Made by a program: the position numbers and the translations under genes. The notes beneath the pieces are model-generated. The model had not been told where the DNA came from, made no database searches, and worked only from the letters and a program-made list of their open reading frames with translations. Shown piece by piece: positions 35,820-46,713 of a stretch of 64,000 nt of DNA (positions within the stretch are counted from its first letter, which is position 1; every line of letters starts with the position of its first letter). The stretch comes from Selaginella moellendorffii (taxonomy: Eukaryota > Plantae > Lycopodiophyta): positions 1,416,841 to 1,480,840 of the forward strand of contig NW_003314304.1 of assembly GCF_000143415.4 (NCBI RefSeq), in the 5' to 3' direction.

Positions 35820-37365
35820 TCACAGCTTGGACGAATTCCAGCTCGCGTCCACTGCTGAGATAATTCTCCTGTGTAGGCCCGTCCCGCAGCTCACGATGAT
35901 CCCCCTGTCCAGCCCTTCTACATACCGTCCCTTTGAAAAATCTAGAGGCCGACCGCCAGCGTCAGTTACCACTCCCCCGGCTTCCTCCACTATCAACACT
36001 CCGGCAGCGTGATCCCAGATCTTCTCCTTGTAACCCGCTCTTGCGAATTTCATGAAGATCTCCGCGTCGCCACGAGCAATTGCTGCATACTTCGCCATAC
36101 TGTAGACCCGTAACGGACGTTTCCTGCCAGGGAGACAAAAGTTAGTTTTTGCCGCTCGCAGAGAAAGACTTTCGCGTACCTCAGGCCAAGGCTGTCAGCA
36201 ACTCCTTCCGTGAATGAATGGCTTGAGTTGGCCTTCTCGACAGGCTCGCAGAAAGTAGCTTGCGCTGGATCATCCACCGGAGAGACTGCTACCACTCGGG
36301 GAGGATTCAGCAAGAAAGAGCCATCCGAGTTCCAAACCAGGGGCTCCATCCATGCCTGTCCAGCTCCTTTTGCAGAGGTAAGAACACAGCCTTTGTGCCA
36401 TTTTCCCGGTGGTGGTGGTGCGATCTTACTGGCAAGTCGGTAGTACTTCTGATGATAGTTCAGCCACTGCGGTCTCATCGGATAATTCGGGCAGCCGAGA
36501 ACTCCCAGGACAACTCTTCCATCTTCGATCATCCCCAGAGCAATGGCATACTGATCCCCACGCACGAATCCAAGAGTTCCATCCACGGGATCCAAGACCC
36601 AGCTCCTGCTGGAGCGAACTTCCGAGTTTCCTTTGTTGATAGCTCGGAGCACCTCGATCGTCCCGAGCTTGCGCGATGGAGGAGTGAGACCGACCACCGA
36701 GGCTTGGGACAGGCACTCATTCACCACTGCTACGACCCGCTGGAGCGTCTGGATTCCATTCATTCCTTTCAGGCCTTTCGTGTCTTCCTCGGCTATGATC
36801 GATACCTCCTCTCCAAAAGCTTGGGAGAGCACCCAGCTAACGACTGCTTGGACTCCCCAGTCTAGAACAAGCAAGAACAGCCAGAGAGAATGAGCTCAAA
36901 CGAGAAGAATTTTTCGCGCAATGGATTACCTGCGACTGTCACGAGCGATTTATCGTCCTTGGAACCGGCATTCTCTTCTTTCCGGAGAATTCTCTCCTGG
37001 ACACGCTGCGCGAGCATACAACCCAGCTGCACAGCTCGAGCAGCCACTTCCAGTTCTTGGGCATAAACTCCCCTTGTGATTTTCTTGTCATTACCATCGC
37101 GATTGTGTTCTAAGCATTGCGGCCGTGGCTGCGCTCTGGAATCGATATTCCCAGTAGTCTCGCTCGACACAGCGCTCGGTCGCCAGCTCCGCGCCCTGGG
37201 ACACGCGAGAGATCCTACACTCCAGCCACGCGCATTTCTTGAAATCTCGCGCAAAGAATCGAAATTTCCGAGCATACCTCTGTTAGGCAGTGCCGCCGTG
37301 GATCTATCGACTCCCTGGCGGCTCAAATCCACGCCAGGCGCTCGAAGGATCGCCCCCGCTTCCAT
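35820..37365 (-). CDS. AHL: 3'(2'),5'-bisphosphate nucleotidase, HAL2-like PAP phosphatase (3 exons, transit peptide)
   Basis: [10 protein letters not shown]|[26 protein letters not shown] and EKIWDHAAG inositol-monophosphatase-family motifs. Confidence 0.9.
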
Positions 37366-37476
37366 CGCCCGCCCAGGACGATCTACATTTCCTCCCAAGA
37401 GCCCTAAACCCCTGTAAAACCCGCCCTAGGATTAACCCGTGTTTATTTAGCACTAGCCAAAATCCCACTATGGTAA

Positions 37477-38097
37477 TTAATCCAGCATCGTTATTAACGC
37501 TTTCTCTGGAGCGCTGTACGAAGTTATCACCGTGGGCGATGCGGGAGTGTGCGCGGCCTGGACACCAACATGGTTGCGCGGAAGAAGTTCTAGACGCATG
37601 CTTCCAGCTCGAGAGTGATGCGTTCTTCCATTTGTGTTTGCTCCAACGCTGCTCGAGCGTTTTGCGGCGATTCGCTCCTTCCAGATCCTTCCATCCTACA
37701 CCGACAAAGGCAAAATGGCCATCGCTGTGAGCTCTCTCCGATCCAGTCGATGGAAGTTCTAAGCCAAGAACAAGACTTAGAGAGGAAGAACTTACATGAA
37801 CGATGCACGGCTCTGGATGCGGACACTTGATCGGGAGGATGTTTTCTGGGGGCTCAATTGGCTCTTCCAGTGGCAACAGCATTTCATTCTCCGGCTTCCT
37901 CTCCTGATGCTGCTGCTGCTGCTCCTGCTGCTCGACAATGAGCTCTTGCTCATTGGAAACATGGTCTTTTCCTGCTGAGTATTCTTCTTCTTCCTGGAGA
38001 ACAAGAACTTAGAAACGTGGAACAGCATTTCTATTTAAACGATCAATCATACCTCGTGGTGATGATGCCTGTGTCGCAGCCGAGAAAAAAGGCCCAT
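37477..38097 (-). CDS. Small uncharacterised protein of conserved plant type (3 exons)
   Basis: Spliced model MGLFSRLRHRHHHHE|EEEEYS...LEEPIEPPENILPIKCPHPEPCIVH|DGRIWKER...YSAPEKALITMLD* with canonical GT-AG introns. Confidence 0.65.
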
Positions 38098-38578
38098 CAC
38101 TGCAAAAGGCGAAAATACTGTTCTTCCTCGAGGCGAAAAACTCTTTCTTTAAACAGCACAAGTGTAGAGACTTTCTCCAGACAAGTGGGGAACTAGCCAA
38201 ATCTTTCTAGAATCTACACGAAAAACTGGTGAGCGAAAGAGAAAGATTAAATCAACATGATTTGAGAGCTGCTACCAGTCATTGCTTACCAACGACTTAC
38301 TTACCACCAGCAAAATCAAACTCGGCAGACAAAACATGCCACGTTCTTCCGGATGAGCTCGAGATTCTTTATAGCCGATCCGTTTCAGAGCACCATATCT
38401 TCTACCTTTTTTTTCCCGGCCCCAGAATCTCTACTCAGCGTTGAGCTATCTATCACCACTCTAATCTTGTCCCTGGTAAATCCCTGTGCCTGGAAAGATG
38501 ATCTGCGAAGAGCTAGACTTCCAGAGAGTTGATCCTGCCGGTAAACACCCCCTATAGCTGTAAGAAGTGCCAAAGTAG

Positions 38579-40548
38579 CTAGCTTTCACAAGGCACTGTA
38601 GCTGCTTCTTCCTGGTGTTCTTCGGTTCTCCACCATGGCTTCCCAGCTCGAAACCTCAACACTTCTCCTTCGTCTTTCCAGCCGATTTCACAGGACTGGA
38701 GGCCTATTCCCAGCAGCGGCTCAGAACCATGTAGAGAGATCCACTTCTTCTCGAGCTGCTTGGACTCGGCCGGAGATTTCTCAATCCCCGCTTCTTCATC
38801 GGCTATCTCCTTCTTCCTTGTGTCTAGAAATGGATCTAGCTCGGGGTTTTCCAGCCGCGCTGCCGCTGCTGGCATGTAGAGAGAATCCCCTATCAGTGGA
38901 GATCCCAAAGCTGAAAATTGTGCACGGAGCTGGAGGAAAAAAATTGTTTCACACGTAAGCAATGACCACGAAAAATATTATTGTCACCTGATGTGTTAGA
39001 CCCGTGAGCAGCTTCACTCTACATTCGTACGCAAACTTGGACTTTGTCCACCCGCAAGGCTGTACCTGATACTCGGACAGCGCGGCTTCTGATGGCCACG
39101 GAACCTGCTTGCATTCGAGGACGTGCATCACGCACAACTGCCATCCCAAGCGTTCGTCTACGGCGAATAAAAGTTAGAGAAAAGCAAAGCCATGACAAAG
39201 ACTAGAAAAGAGAACTTTTTGCTTACTGTTGCTCATGATACGCGGCGGGTACTTATCAGATCGCATGTAGTGAGCAGTTTTTCCGAGAGGAACTGGAGCT
39301 GCTGCCAGCGCCAGATAAAACTTCTCCACTTTATTTTCCTGATGAATGCATAGCTTTTCGAAGTTAGTGCCTTGCTTTAGCTACTGCGAGTTTTATAAAG
39401 CCGACCTTGAGAAGCCTGTGGAAGCGTGAGGCAAACTCATTGTTCTTTGCGAGTAGCAGGCTTGAGGAAGAAAGCACACAAGAATATCAGGACAAATGGT
39501 ATCACTGTCGAAAAAAATTACCAGCCTTCCGTGCAATTGTCCAGCTGATGCGTCGTCACAAGCGGCTGCTCAAGATTCAAGGCTCGTGTAGCAAAAGTCG
39601 AGCAAATCTCCTCGACGTTATCCACGCTTCCACCGACCTGTGCATCAAAAGCATGAGCACGGCTGATAAAAACTCGAGAACAAACGTACCGACACACCCG
39701 CTGGCTTGTTTAGCACCACAAAAGACTCTTCGTTGGCAATGATCCTTGATCTCCAGTCAACTTCATAGCATCTGGAAAAACGGGAGAAAGAAAACTCTGA
39801 CAACTCAGTAGAACAACTCTGATGGAACCTCGGGAACCGCTTGGGATGGACGTGGACACGAATGTACGATCCGGGCTCGGCATAGTGATTTGGATCCGTC
39901 ACCCTTTCAGGCTTTCGTGCTTCCACCAAAGAAACTCTGTCAAGAACCGGCCATTTCTTCGGCGAAGCTTTCTTGAAGAGCTGGACTTGCTGAGGAGTGA
40001 GGTTGAGCGGAGGCTTGGGACAGCGCAATGCGTGATGGACAGCGCCAAAGGACATCAAATCGGCCACATATCTACGCAAACCACCCAAGCTTTCAAGCCA
40101 AGTTCCTTTCGAAGAAACAAACCGGGAAAGTTTTCGATGCTTACTCTGATGGAAGCTTGAGAACTTCGCTGACGATACTCAGCACGGTTCCTTTTTTCTT
40201 GACCAAGAGATGCTCGATTCGTGGGCCAAGTTGTGTAGAAGGGCAAGGAAGCAAGCGCTTATATCCAGTGCCCGGCCTGGAAGAACAAAGAGGAAAATTT
40301 GAAAGCTTTACCTAGAGAAAATATGTGCTACGCGTCGTGTGAACAGCAGAAGGAAATGTAGCAAACCTATCCGCAGATGTTACTCCTGGAGTCGTCAAGA
40401 TCGTCGCAATGGAGGCGGCCTCTTCGTCCGCGATCTTCTGCGCGGAGGGCTTGAGATGATACTTGAGGCCGCGAGATTGCTGCTGGGAGTGGCATTGCGA
40501 GAGCGGCGAAGCAAAGGGACGAGCTCGGCGCAGCAATGCCGCGGCCAT
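38579..40548 (-). CDS. RluA-family organellar RNA pseudouridine synthase (PUS6-like), paralog A
   Basis: YKRLLPCP, RVHVHPKRFPR, VLNKPAG, catalytic HQLDNCTEG, LLTGLTHQ|LRAQ and GDSLY. Confidence 0.88.
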
Positions 40549-41553
40549 AAACCTCTCCAAAAACCCTAGCGCATATCTTGCGAATATGCCAGAATTAAAA
40601 ATTTACTGAGTATTAGATTTCGTGGGTTCGAATCCTGGCAGTATCGGGGTTTTCATTTTCCCGCTTTCGTGTTCTAGGGTTCTTACTCTAGATGATCTCT
40701 TCGCAGGAGGGAAAAGATGATCGATTTGGCAGCGCAGGCTCGTGGTTTGGATTATCAAGGCGCGCTACAAAATCCTCCCATGTTTCTTGCGACTAGCATC
40801 ATCAAATGGAGGGCATACATTTTCGTGGCTTGTCTCATGGAGCTTTCTAGAGAGGTAAGCGCATTGCTATAAGAAAAAACCCCTGGCTTGGTGCCTCTAT
40901 GAACAGGAAGTCAGGAACTCGCCTACAATCCTGGTTCTGGCTCTTGTGGAACAATTCCAGGCGAGTTTTTGGTGTTCTCTTCTCTTGGATGATCAATACC
41001 TGACATTGATGGTTTGGTAGTGGATGCCAGGTCTCCAGTGTAGAAGGTCCCTTCATCCATAGGCTGGATGGATTGTCAAAAAATGTCCCAGGTACTCACT
41101 CGTGAGTGGAAATTCGAAGGCGACATGGCCCTTGTCGTTAATTTCTTAAAAGAAGTAAGCTTCGCGGCCCTGGATGATCTTACTGCCATGATTTTCCAAA
41201 ATGCTACAGGTACTTTGCATCTCTGTGGTTCTCAAAGCTAGAGTTTTATACAGCTATGGTTTCCATGCAAGGGAGCTATAGCCACGTTTTCGAAGATGAC
41301 TAGCAATAATGCTCCCTTGCTGCAGTGGTTCTTCCTAAGGTGCTATAAAACTCATCTCTTACAGAACTCTCGATCTCACTTTCCTTCTCGCATCTGTTTT
41401 GCAGTGTACACTCTGAACCAGCCAGAAAACTCTCACTTCTCGAGGCTTCTCACAAAGTAAGACTAGTTTCTCACTTGCTTTTGTCTTGTCCTCATATTTC
41501 TCCTTTTGTCCCTAGCTTATTGACCCTCAGGCGATCAACACCGCTACTCGAAG

Positions 41554-43506
41554 ATGGCTTCCAATGACAACATGAAAAGGCAAGCAACAAATCTTCGGAC
41601 GTGGCTGTCACGAAAGGATAAAATAGTGGCGGCTCTCGTGATGGTCGGCGCGCTCTGTGCAGCAGTAGCCGTGATGATTTTCGGCAAAATACGCTTCTTT
41701 GGAGCTCAGAGCCTCGCGCCAGAGTTTTACAGCGATCTGATCCAGGAAGAAGGCTCTACTTGCTGGGAAACAAACTTCTTTGCGACCACTTATGACCCGT
41801 TCTACAAATGGATCGCCAGCACCTCGCTACCATCTGCTTTCAAAGACCTTCCGATCGAGCGTGCTACTCTCGGTTACCAGCGAGCGAGTGTATGGCGAGT
41901 TGCCGGGAATATGACACGGCACAACACCAGCTTCTTCTACAACTCGCCGGATCCACACGTTTTGGGAGGGGTCATAGCTCGGAAAAGCAGCAGCTGGATA
42001 TGGACTATGGTCATCAACTGGGGGATGAGTGTCCGAATCTGCTTCACCACCACCGATCCTCTGCAGAATTCTTGCCTGTGGACGACTCCAATCGTCTGGA
42101 CTGGAAAAGAAGGCGAGTTTGCACTGCTCATGTCCGCGGTCCCGTTTCGAAGAGCCTCGGCCAACCCGTACCAGGAGAGAAATCCTTATGCCAAGCATGG
42201 AAGCTACCTGAGCAACTTTGCTGGGAACGCGAGAACAAGCCAGTGCCTGATGATCAACGACCGGGTCGACAAGGGACGCTACTGGCAGTACATTTACTCC
42301 GGCAAGCCATGCAAGAAGTCCACACCGATCGTCTACACGCCGGACATCATCTCGTACCTTGCGTTCCCGAGCCACCAGTGTGCCTGCAATGGCTCGGTTT
42401 GCTTCGTGGGACTAAACATCACCGGCAGCTCGACTTCGGACGAAGATCTGCGCGTGAAGCTCAACTCCAGCCGCTGCGAGGATAGCAACTCTTTCTGGGG
42501 AGAACCGAGAATAGCCGATGTCCTCGTCTCGATCGTCTACTTCTCGTACAGCTCCCGGTGGGATCTACACTTGGGGATCAACGTGACTTTCAACGTGTCG
42601 GAGAAGCTCGAGGCACAGAAGCGTGTGGATGACTGTGTCCACGGGTGGCTGCAGCAGCGGGAAACCAAGCCGGGTGCTCAAGACGGCGCTGCTCTCTTGA
42701 GCTTCTGCTCGAGACCAGGCGAAGTTGTTCTCGAGGCGATTAAGAAGAGCGCCAGCGTCTTCGAGAAGTACCAGCAGCGGATCCTCGAGGGAGCGATTCT
42801 AGACACTCTGGAAGCCAAAGTGCCAGTGGAAGTCACGGACGACGTGCACTGCGGGATCGAGCGTGGCCAGATCGATCGCGAGACTTGCCTGCTGGGGCTG
42901 GACGAGGTGAAGACCAAGCAAGAAGCGGAGCTGCTGCTCAAGAACCTCCAAGCCTTTGCTCGAGTGGCGGACGTGAAACGGGTTGGAGAGCGGGAGTGGA
43001 AGAAAGGCTCGTCCAAGAGGTCGGACGTCTCGATCGAGATTGTGACGACGCTGCTGGCACTGCTCCTCACCGTCGCCGGGATGCTGAGCAAGAAGCTCCA
43101 GGACGTGGAAGACATGGTGCTCGACTGGGCCGCGGACTTCAAGGACTGGGTGAAGCGGAGGATTGGGATGCACTTCTTTCGAACAGGGATCCGGGGAGTG
43201 GTGATTTGCACAGCTGCAATGTGGAGTATGTTTGCTCTCTACAAGAGCATCGGAGATATCCAGACGGAGCCCGAGTTGGCCACCTCGGGGACTGTTCTTC
43301 AGAGGTCCAACGAGATCTACTTCCTGGTGACGACCACTTCGAGCATCCAGATCACTCCAAAGTGGATCGTGTTTTGGATGGTGTGCTCATTCGTGGGGCT
43401 GCTCTTGGTTGGAGCGCTCCTCTACGTCTATTTCCTCATGTCCTTTGTGGAGCTGGGCTTAGAGGCAGAGGCAAAGCAGTTGGATCGCCAAGAAACTTTT
43501 CCATAG
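41554..43506 (+). CDS. Intronless orphan membrane protein (N-terminal anchor, Cys-containing ectodomain, 3 C-terminal TM helices)
   Basis: 650-aa ORF. Hydrophobic stretches at about aa 24-43, 495-510, 548-563 and 605-630. Several N-x-S/T sequons (NMT, NTS, NGS, NIT, NSS, NVT, NVS). No family recognised. Confidence 0.75.
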   Translation: MASNDNMKRQATNLRTWLSRKDKIVAALVMVGALCAAVAVMIFGKIRFFGAQSLAPEFYSDLIQEEGSTCWETNFFATTYDPFYKWIASTSLPSAFKDLPIERATLGYQRASVWRVAGNMTRHNTSFFYNSPDPHVLGGVIARKSSSWIWTMVINWGMSVRICFTTTDPLQNSCLWTTPIVWTGKEGEFALLMSAVPFRRASANPYQERNPYAKHGSYLSNFAGNARTSQCLMINDRVDKGRYWQYIYSGKPCKKSTPIVYTPDIISYLAFPSHQCACNGSVCFVGLNITGSSTSDEDLRVKLNSSRCEDSNSFWGEPRIADVLVSIVYFSYSSRWDLHLGINVTFNVSEKLEAQKRVDDCVHGWLQQRETKPGAQDGAALLSFCSRPGEVVLEAIKKSASVFEKYQQRILEGAILDTLEAKVPVEVTDDVHCGIERGQIDRETCLLGLDEVKTKQEAELLLKNLQAFARVADVKRVGEREWKKGSSKRSDVSIEIVTTLLALLLTVAGMLSKKLQDVEDMVLDWAADFKDWVKRRIGMHFFRTGIRGVVICTAAMWSMFALYKSIGDIQTEPELATSGTVLQRSNEIYFLVTTTSSIQITPKWIVFWMVCSFVGLLLVGALLYVYFLMSFVELGLEAEAKQLDRQETFP

Positions 43507-43569
43507 CATTGCTTAAGATTATAAATAAACTTTTATAAACTTTTGATAGTAGAGATTATTTACCCTACT

Positions 43570-44853
43570 ATGAAGATGGCTTTGTTATTGGTGATGGAGT
43601 ATCTGGCGCCTGAGGATCTCCTTAAAATTGACAGAGCTACAGAGGGATATTATCGCCAGGAAGTGGTACAACAGTTGGTGAAATCCGGATGGTTTAGGAC
43701 AGCTTTGGTAAATCTCAACAAAAGATGTGATTCTCAAACGTTTGAGATGGTGCTGTTTAGCTTGCCGAAGGATGTTTCTGCTACGTATGCAAGGGACGCA
43801 AGGGACGTGCTAAAGCAAATGAAGGCCCTTGGGTACAAACGCAACCTTAGGTTGTTTGAGAGAGCAAGAACGGAGTGGAATTTATCACGAGAGATGGCGT
43901 TTGATTTGTTCTCGGAGGTGAGAGGCGAGATTGATTTTTTCATGAGAGGCGATGAGGCTGGGGCAACAAGGTTATATGACTACATGCTAAACATGTGTAA
44001 AAGCTGTGATGAGGCTCTTGCTTTTGTGAGAGAGGCACGGTCAAAAGGCTTGAAGCTGAACGCAATCAGATTTGCAGCCCGGTTAGTGGGAGAGGATGCC
44101 TCACAGATGGCTAGGGCTACGAGTTTAATAGTGGAGGCTGGCGATTCTACTTCGGAGGAGACTATCTACGGGAAGATCATCATAGAGATGGCATCTTCTT
44201 CGACAGAAAAGGCTACAAAAGCACTGCAGCAAATGAAGTCTTTTGGGTACAAGCCTTCAGTTGAGCTGTATGACAAGTTGATAACATCTGCTCCATCCCA
44301 GTCGTTTCATCTGTTTCTTGCAATGGCGGATGAATGTGAGGTTGCAGCAACACCAAAGTGCTACAGGTTAGTGCTAAAGCATTGCTGCAAAGGGAGTTTT
44401 GACAATGCAATGAAGGTGGTGAAGGAAGTAAAGCGAACGAATGCCATGGAAGTTGACGACTTGGATGTCACAGAATGTGTGTTTGAATTAGTGGCGTCTC
44501 ACCGGGTGCCTGATGCTGTTGCGCTGCTCATGGAATTTGGAAATTACGATGAAAAGGCTGCAATTGTTATGAAGAGTCTGAGGATCAGATATGAAAAATC
44601 ACACATACAACAGTTTTTTGAGAGCTTGGTTGCATCAGGTGATTACCGGGTCTATCCTTTATGTTGTAAGGAATTCTTCACACCCTTCAGAGTTATGCGC
44701 AAGGATAAGTGTTTTGTGCCTATGAGTCTTCTACTCTCGTTTCTGCTGGTGGATAACCCAGACTATGAGACGTGCATGGGGGCAATCCATTGTTTAAAAG
44801 CAGCACACATGTTTGGAGAAGCAAAAAGTGTTGCTGCAAAGTTCCTTCGTTGA
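43570..44853 (+). CDS. Intronless protein with an F-box-like N-terminus and degenerate P-type PPR-like repeats
   Basis: LLLVMEYLAPEDLLKIDRA fits the F-box pattern. VLKQMKALGYK, ALQQMKSFGYKPSVELYDKLI and CYRLVLKHCCKGSFDNAMKVVKEV fit the PPR consensus. Confidence 0.65.
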   Translation: MKMALLLVMEYLAPEDLLKIDRATEGYYRQEVVQQLVKSGWFRTALVNLNKRCDSQTFEMVLFSLPKDVSATYARDARDVLKQMKALGYKRNLRLFERARTEWNLSREMAFDLFSEVRGEIDFFMRGDEAGATRLYDYMLNMCKSCDEALAFVREARSKGLKLNAIRFAARLVGEDASQMARATSLIVEAGDSTSEETIYGKIIIEMASSSTEKATKALQQMKSFGYKPSVELYDKLITSAPSQSFHLFLAMADECEVAATPKCYRLVLKHCCKGSFDNAMKVVKEVKRTNAMEVDDLDVTECVFELVASHRVPDAVALLMEFGNYDEKAAIVMKSLRIRYEKSHIQQFFESLVASGDYRVYPLCCKEFFTPFRVMRKDKCFVPMSLLLSFLLVDNPDYETCMGAIHCLKAAHMFGEAKSVAAKFLR

Positions 44854-44998
44854 AATTTATCCTTTATTCTTATAATTGATAATGTTTTAATCTTCAATGA
44901 AACATTGGAAGATCATTTGAAACACTTAGAGCTTAGGGATGTTTGAAGAATATGCTTTGAAATTTGACTTGAGATGCCCTACTCTGGAGAGGAGGACG

Positions 44999-46616
44999 AT
45001 GGCTGGGGTGGCCCCGAAGTGCTCGGCGCCGGCGCTACGCCCGCTAGGGTTTGGCGATCGATGGCAGCGGAGAGCGCTTGCGGTGCCATCGGCGGCGAGA
45101 GCGCGCCGTGCCAATGCGCTGGTTGCGCGATCCAAGTAAGATTCGCTCTAGAGGTCGCATCGCGAGAATGTGGCTGGGGATTTGGCTTGCTTTTCGCTCC
45201 AGCGAAAAGATTTGCATTTTCAGCTCCGATGACCGCGTGCCTTTTTGTTTGTCTAGATTTTCGGAAGTGGAAAGCATGAACAAACACTTTGGAATCAAAG
45301 GCATTGAGGTTGAGAGTGGTCTGGGCGATCTTCCGAAGGTAGTGCTGTGTAGCTCTGAAGGAAGGTAGTGATTTTTCCTCGCGTTTGGATTTTTTTCTAC
45401 AACTTTTTCGTTTTTTTTCTTCTTCCAGCACTGCAGAGATTTATCTTTTTGGCGCGTGTATCACCTCGTGGAGAACTGTTTCTGGAGACGAGCTGCTCTT
45501 CGTGAGGCCAGATGCGGTCTTTGATGGAACGAAGCCAATCAGGTGACGAGTTTTCAAGCTTCTCGAGCAGTGATTGATGACTTGCGAATTTTTTCTTTTG
45601 TAGTGGTGGGATCCCTCATTGTTTTCCTCAGTTTGGACCAGGTGTTATGCAACAGGTGTGTGCATGCTTTTCTTACACTTCGCTTATCTATGGATCGTTT
45701 CGATAACAGCATGGTTTCGCGAGAAATGTTCCATGGACATTGTCGACGACTGAAAACTATTCCGGCTGTCCCTCCGTTACTCTGGAGCTCGAGCCCTCCG
45801 ATTACAGCCGCAACATGTGGGACTGCGACTTCAAAATCGAGTATAAGGTGTCTTTTTCTCCACTGATCTAGAGCATTGGGACTTATGATCTCCCGCTTTC
45901 TTTTCAGGTCACACTAGAGCCAGAAGCTCTCAAAACACACATTCATGTAAAAAATGTCGACAACAAAGAGTTCTCGTTCACCACAGCTCTCCACAACTAC
46001 TTTCACGTAAGCTTCTATCCTACTTGCTTGGCTTGTGGAGGACTAAGTTTAACTTCCAGGCAGCCATTGGTGATGTGTGTATCAAAGGTTTGAAAGGATG
46101 TAAAACTCTGAACAAAGACCCCGATCCCAAGAATCCAACACCCGGTGTCGAGAAGAGGTAGTGATATCGCTTTATTCTTTTCGTTTTTGATCACTTCTCT
46201 AAGATGTTTTCTTCTCCAGGGACGAAATAACGTTTTCAGGATTCTACGATTGTATGTACTTGAATGCCCCGAGAGAAGTGATACTGGAAAACGGCCTCGG
46301 CAATACCATCTCGATCAGAAACAAAGGGTACGTAACTTACGAGTCCCTTTTTTTTTTTCTTGAGCTTGGCCTCTCAAATCTCGCAAACTTCAGGTGGACG
46401 GACGCAGTGCTCTGGAATCCATACCTGACTTTGAAGGAATCCTACTTGAACTTCGTCTGCGTCGAGAATGCCAAAGTAAGTTTTTGCTCGATTCGATTCA
46501 TCCATTTCTTTCGCTCTGGAATTCTGGAATTCGTGTGTGTCTAGCTTGATAAGGTGGTGTTGCAACCTGGAGAAGCGTGGGCAGCGGAGCAATTCTTGAG
46601 AGTTTGTAGCGAGTAG
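44999..46616 (+). CDS. Aldose 1-epimerase family protein (putative glucose-6-phosphate 1-epimerase, plastid-targeted)
   Basis: AEIYLFGACITSW, LLFVRPDAVF, SGGIPHCFPQFG, QHGFAR, FTTALHNYF, DAVLWNP and FVCVENA. Arg/Ala-rich transit peptide. Confidence 0.88.
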
Positions 46617-46713
46617 AGAGGTTTGTAAATTCGAAGAATTTTTTTTCCGAATCATCGATGTTCTTGGTGGTGTATACTTTGGACTTAGTTTTCTATGGGC
46701 TCTTTTAAAAGAG

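Noticed and set aside
40587-40645. GGTTCGAATCC (tRNA B-box) near the PUS6-A 5' end
   Set aside because: I could not build an A-box, D-arm, anticodon arm or acceptor stem. At most a tRNA/SINE-derived scrap.
40700-41350. Possible small spliced gene upstream of the orphan membrane protein
   Set aside because: No consistent reading frame or motif; may be leader exons or a relic.
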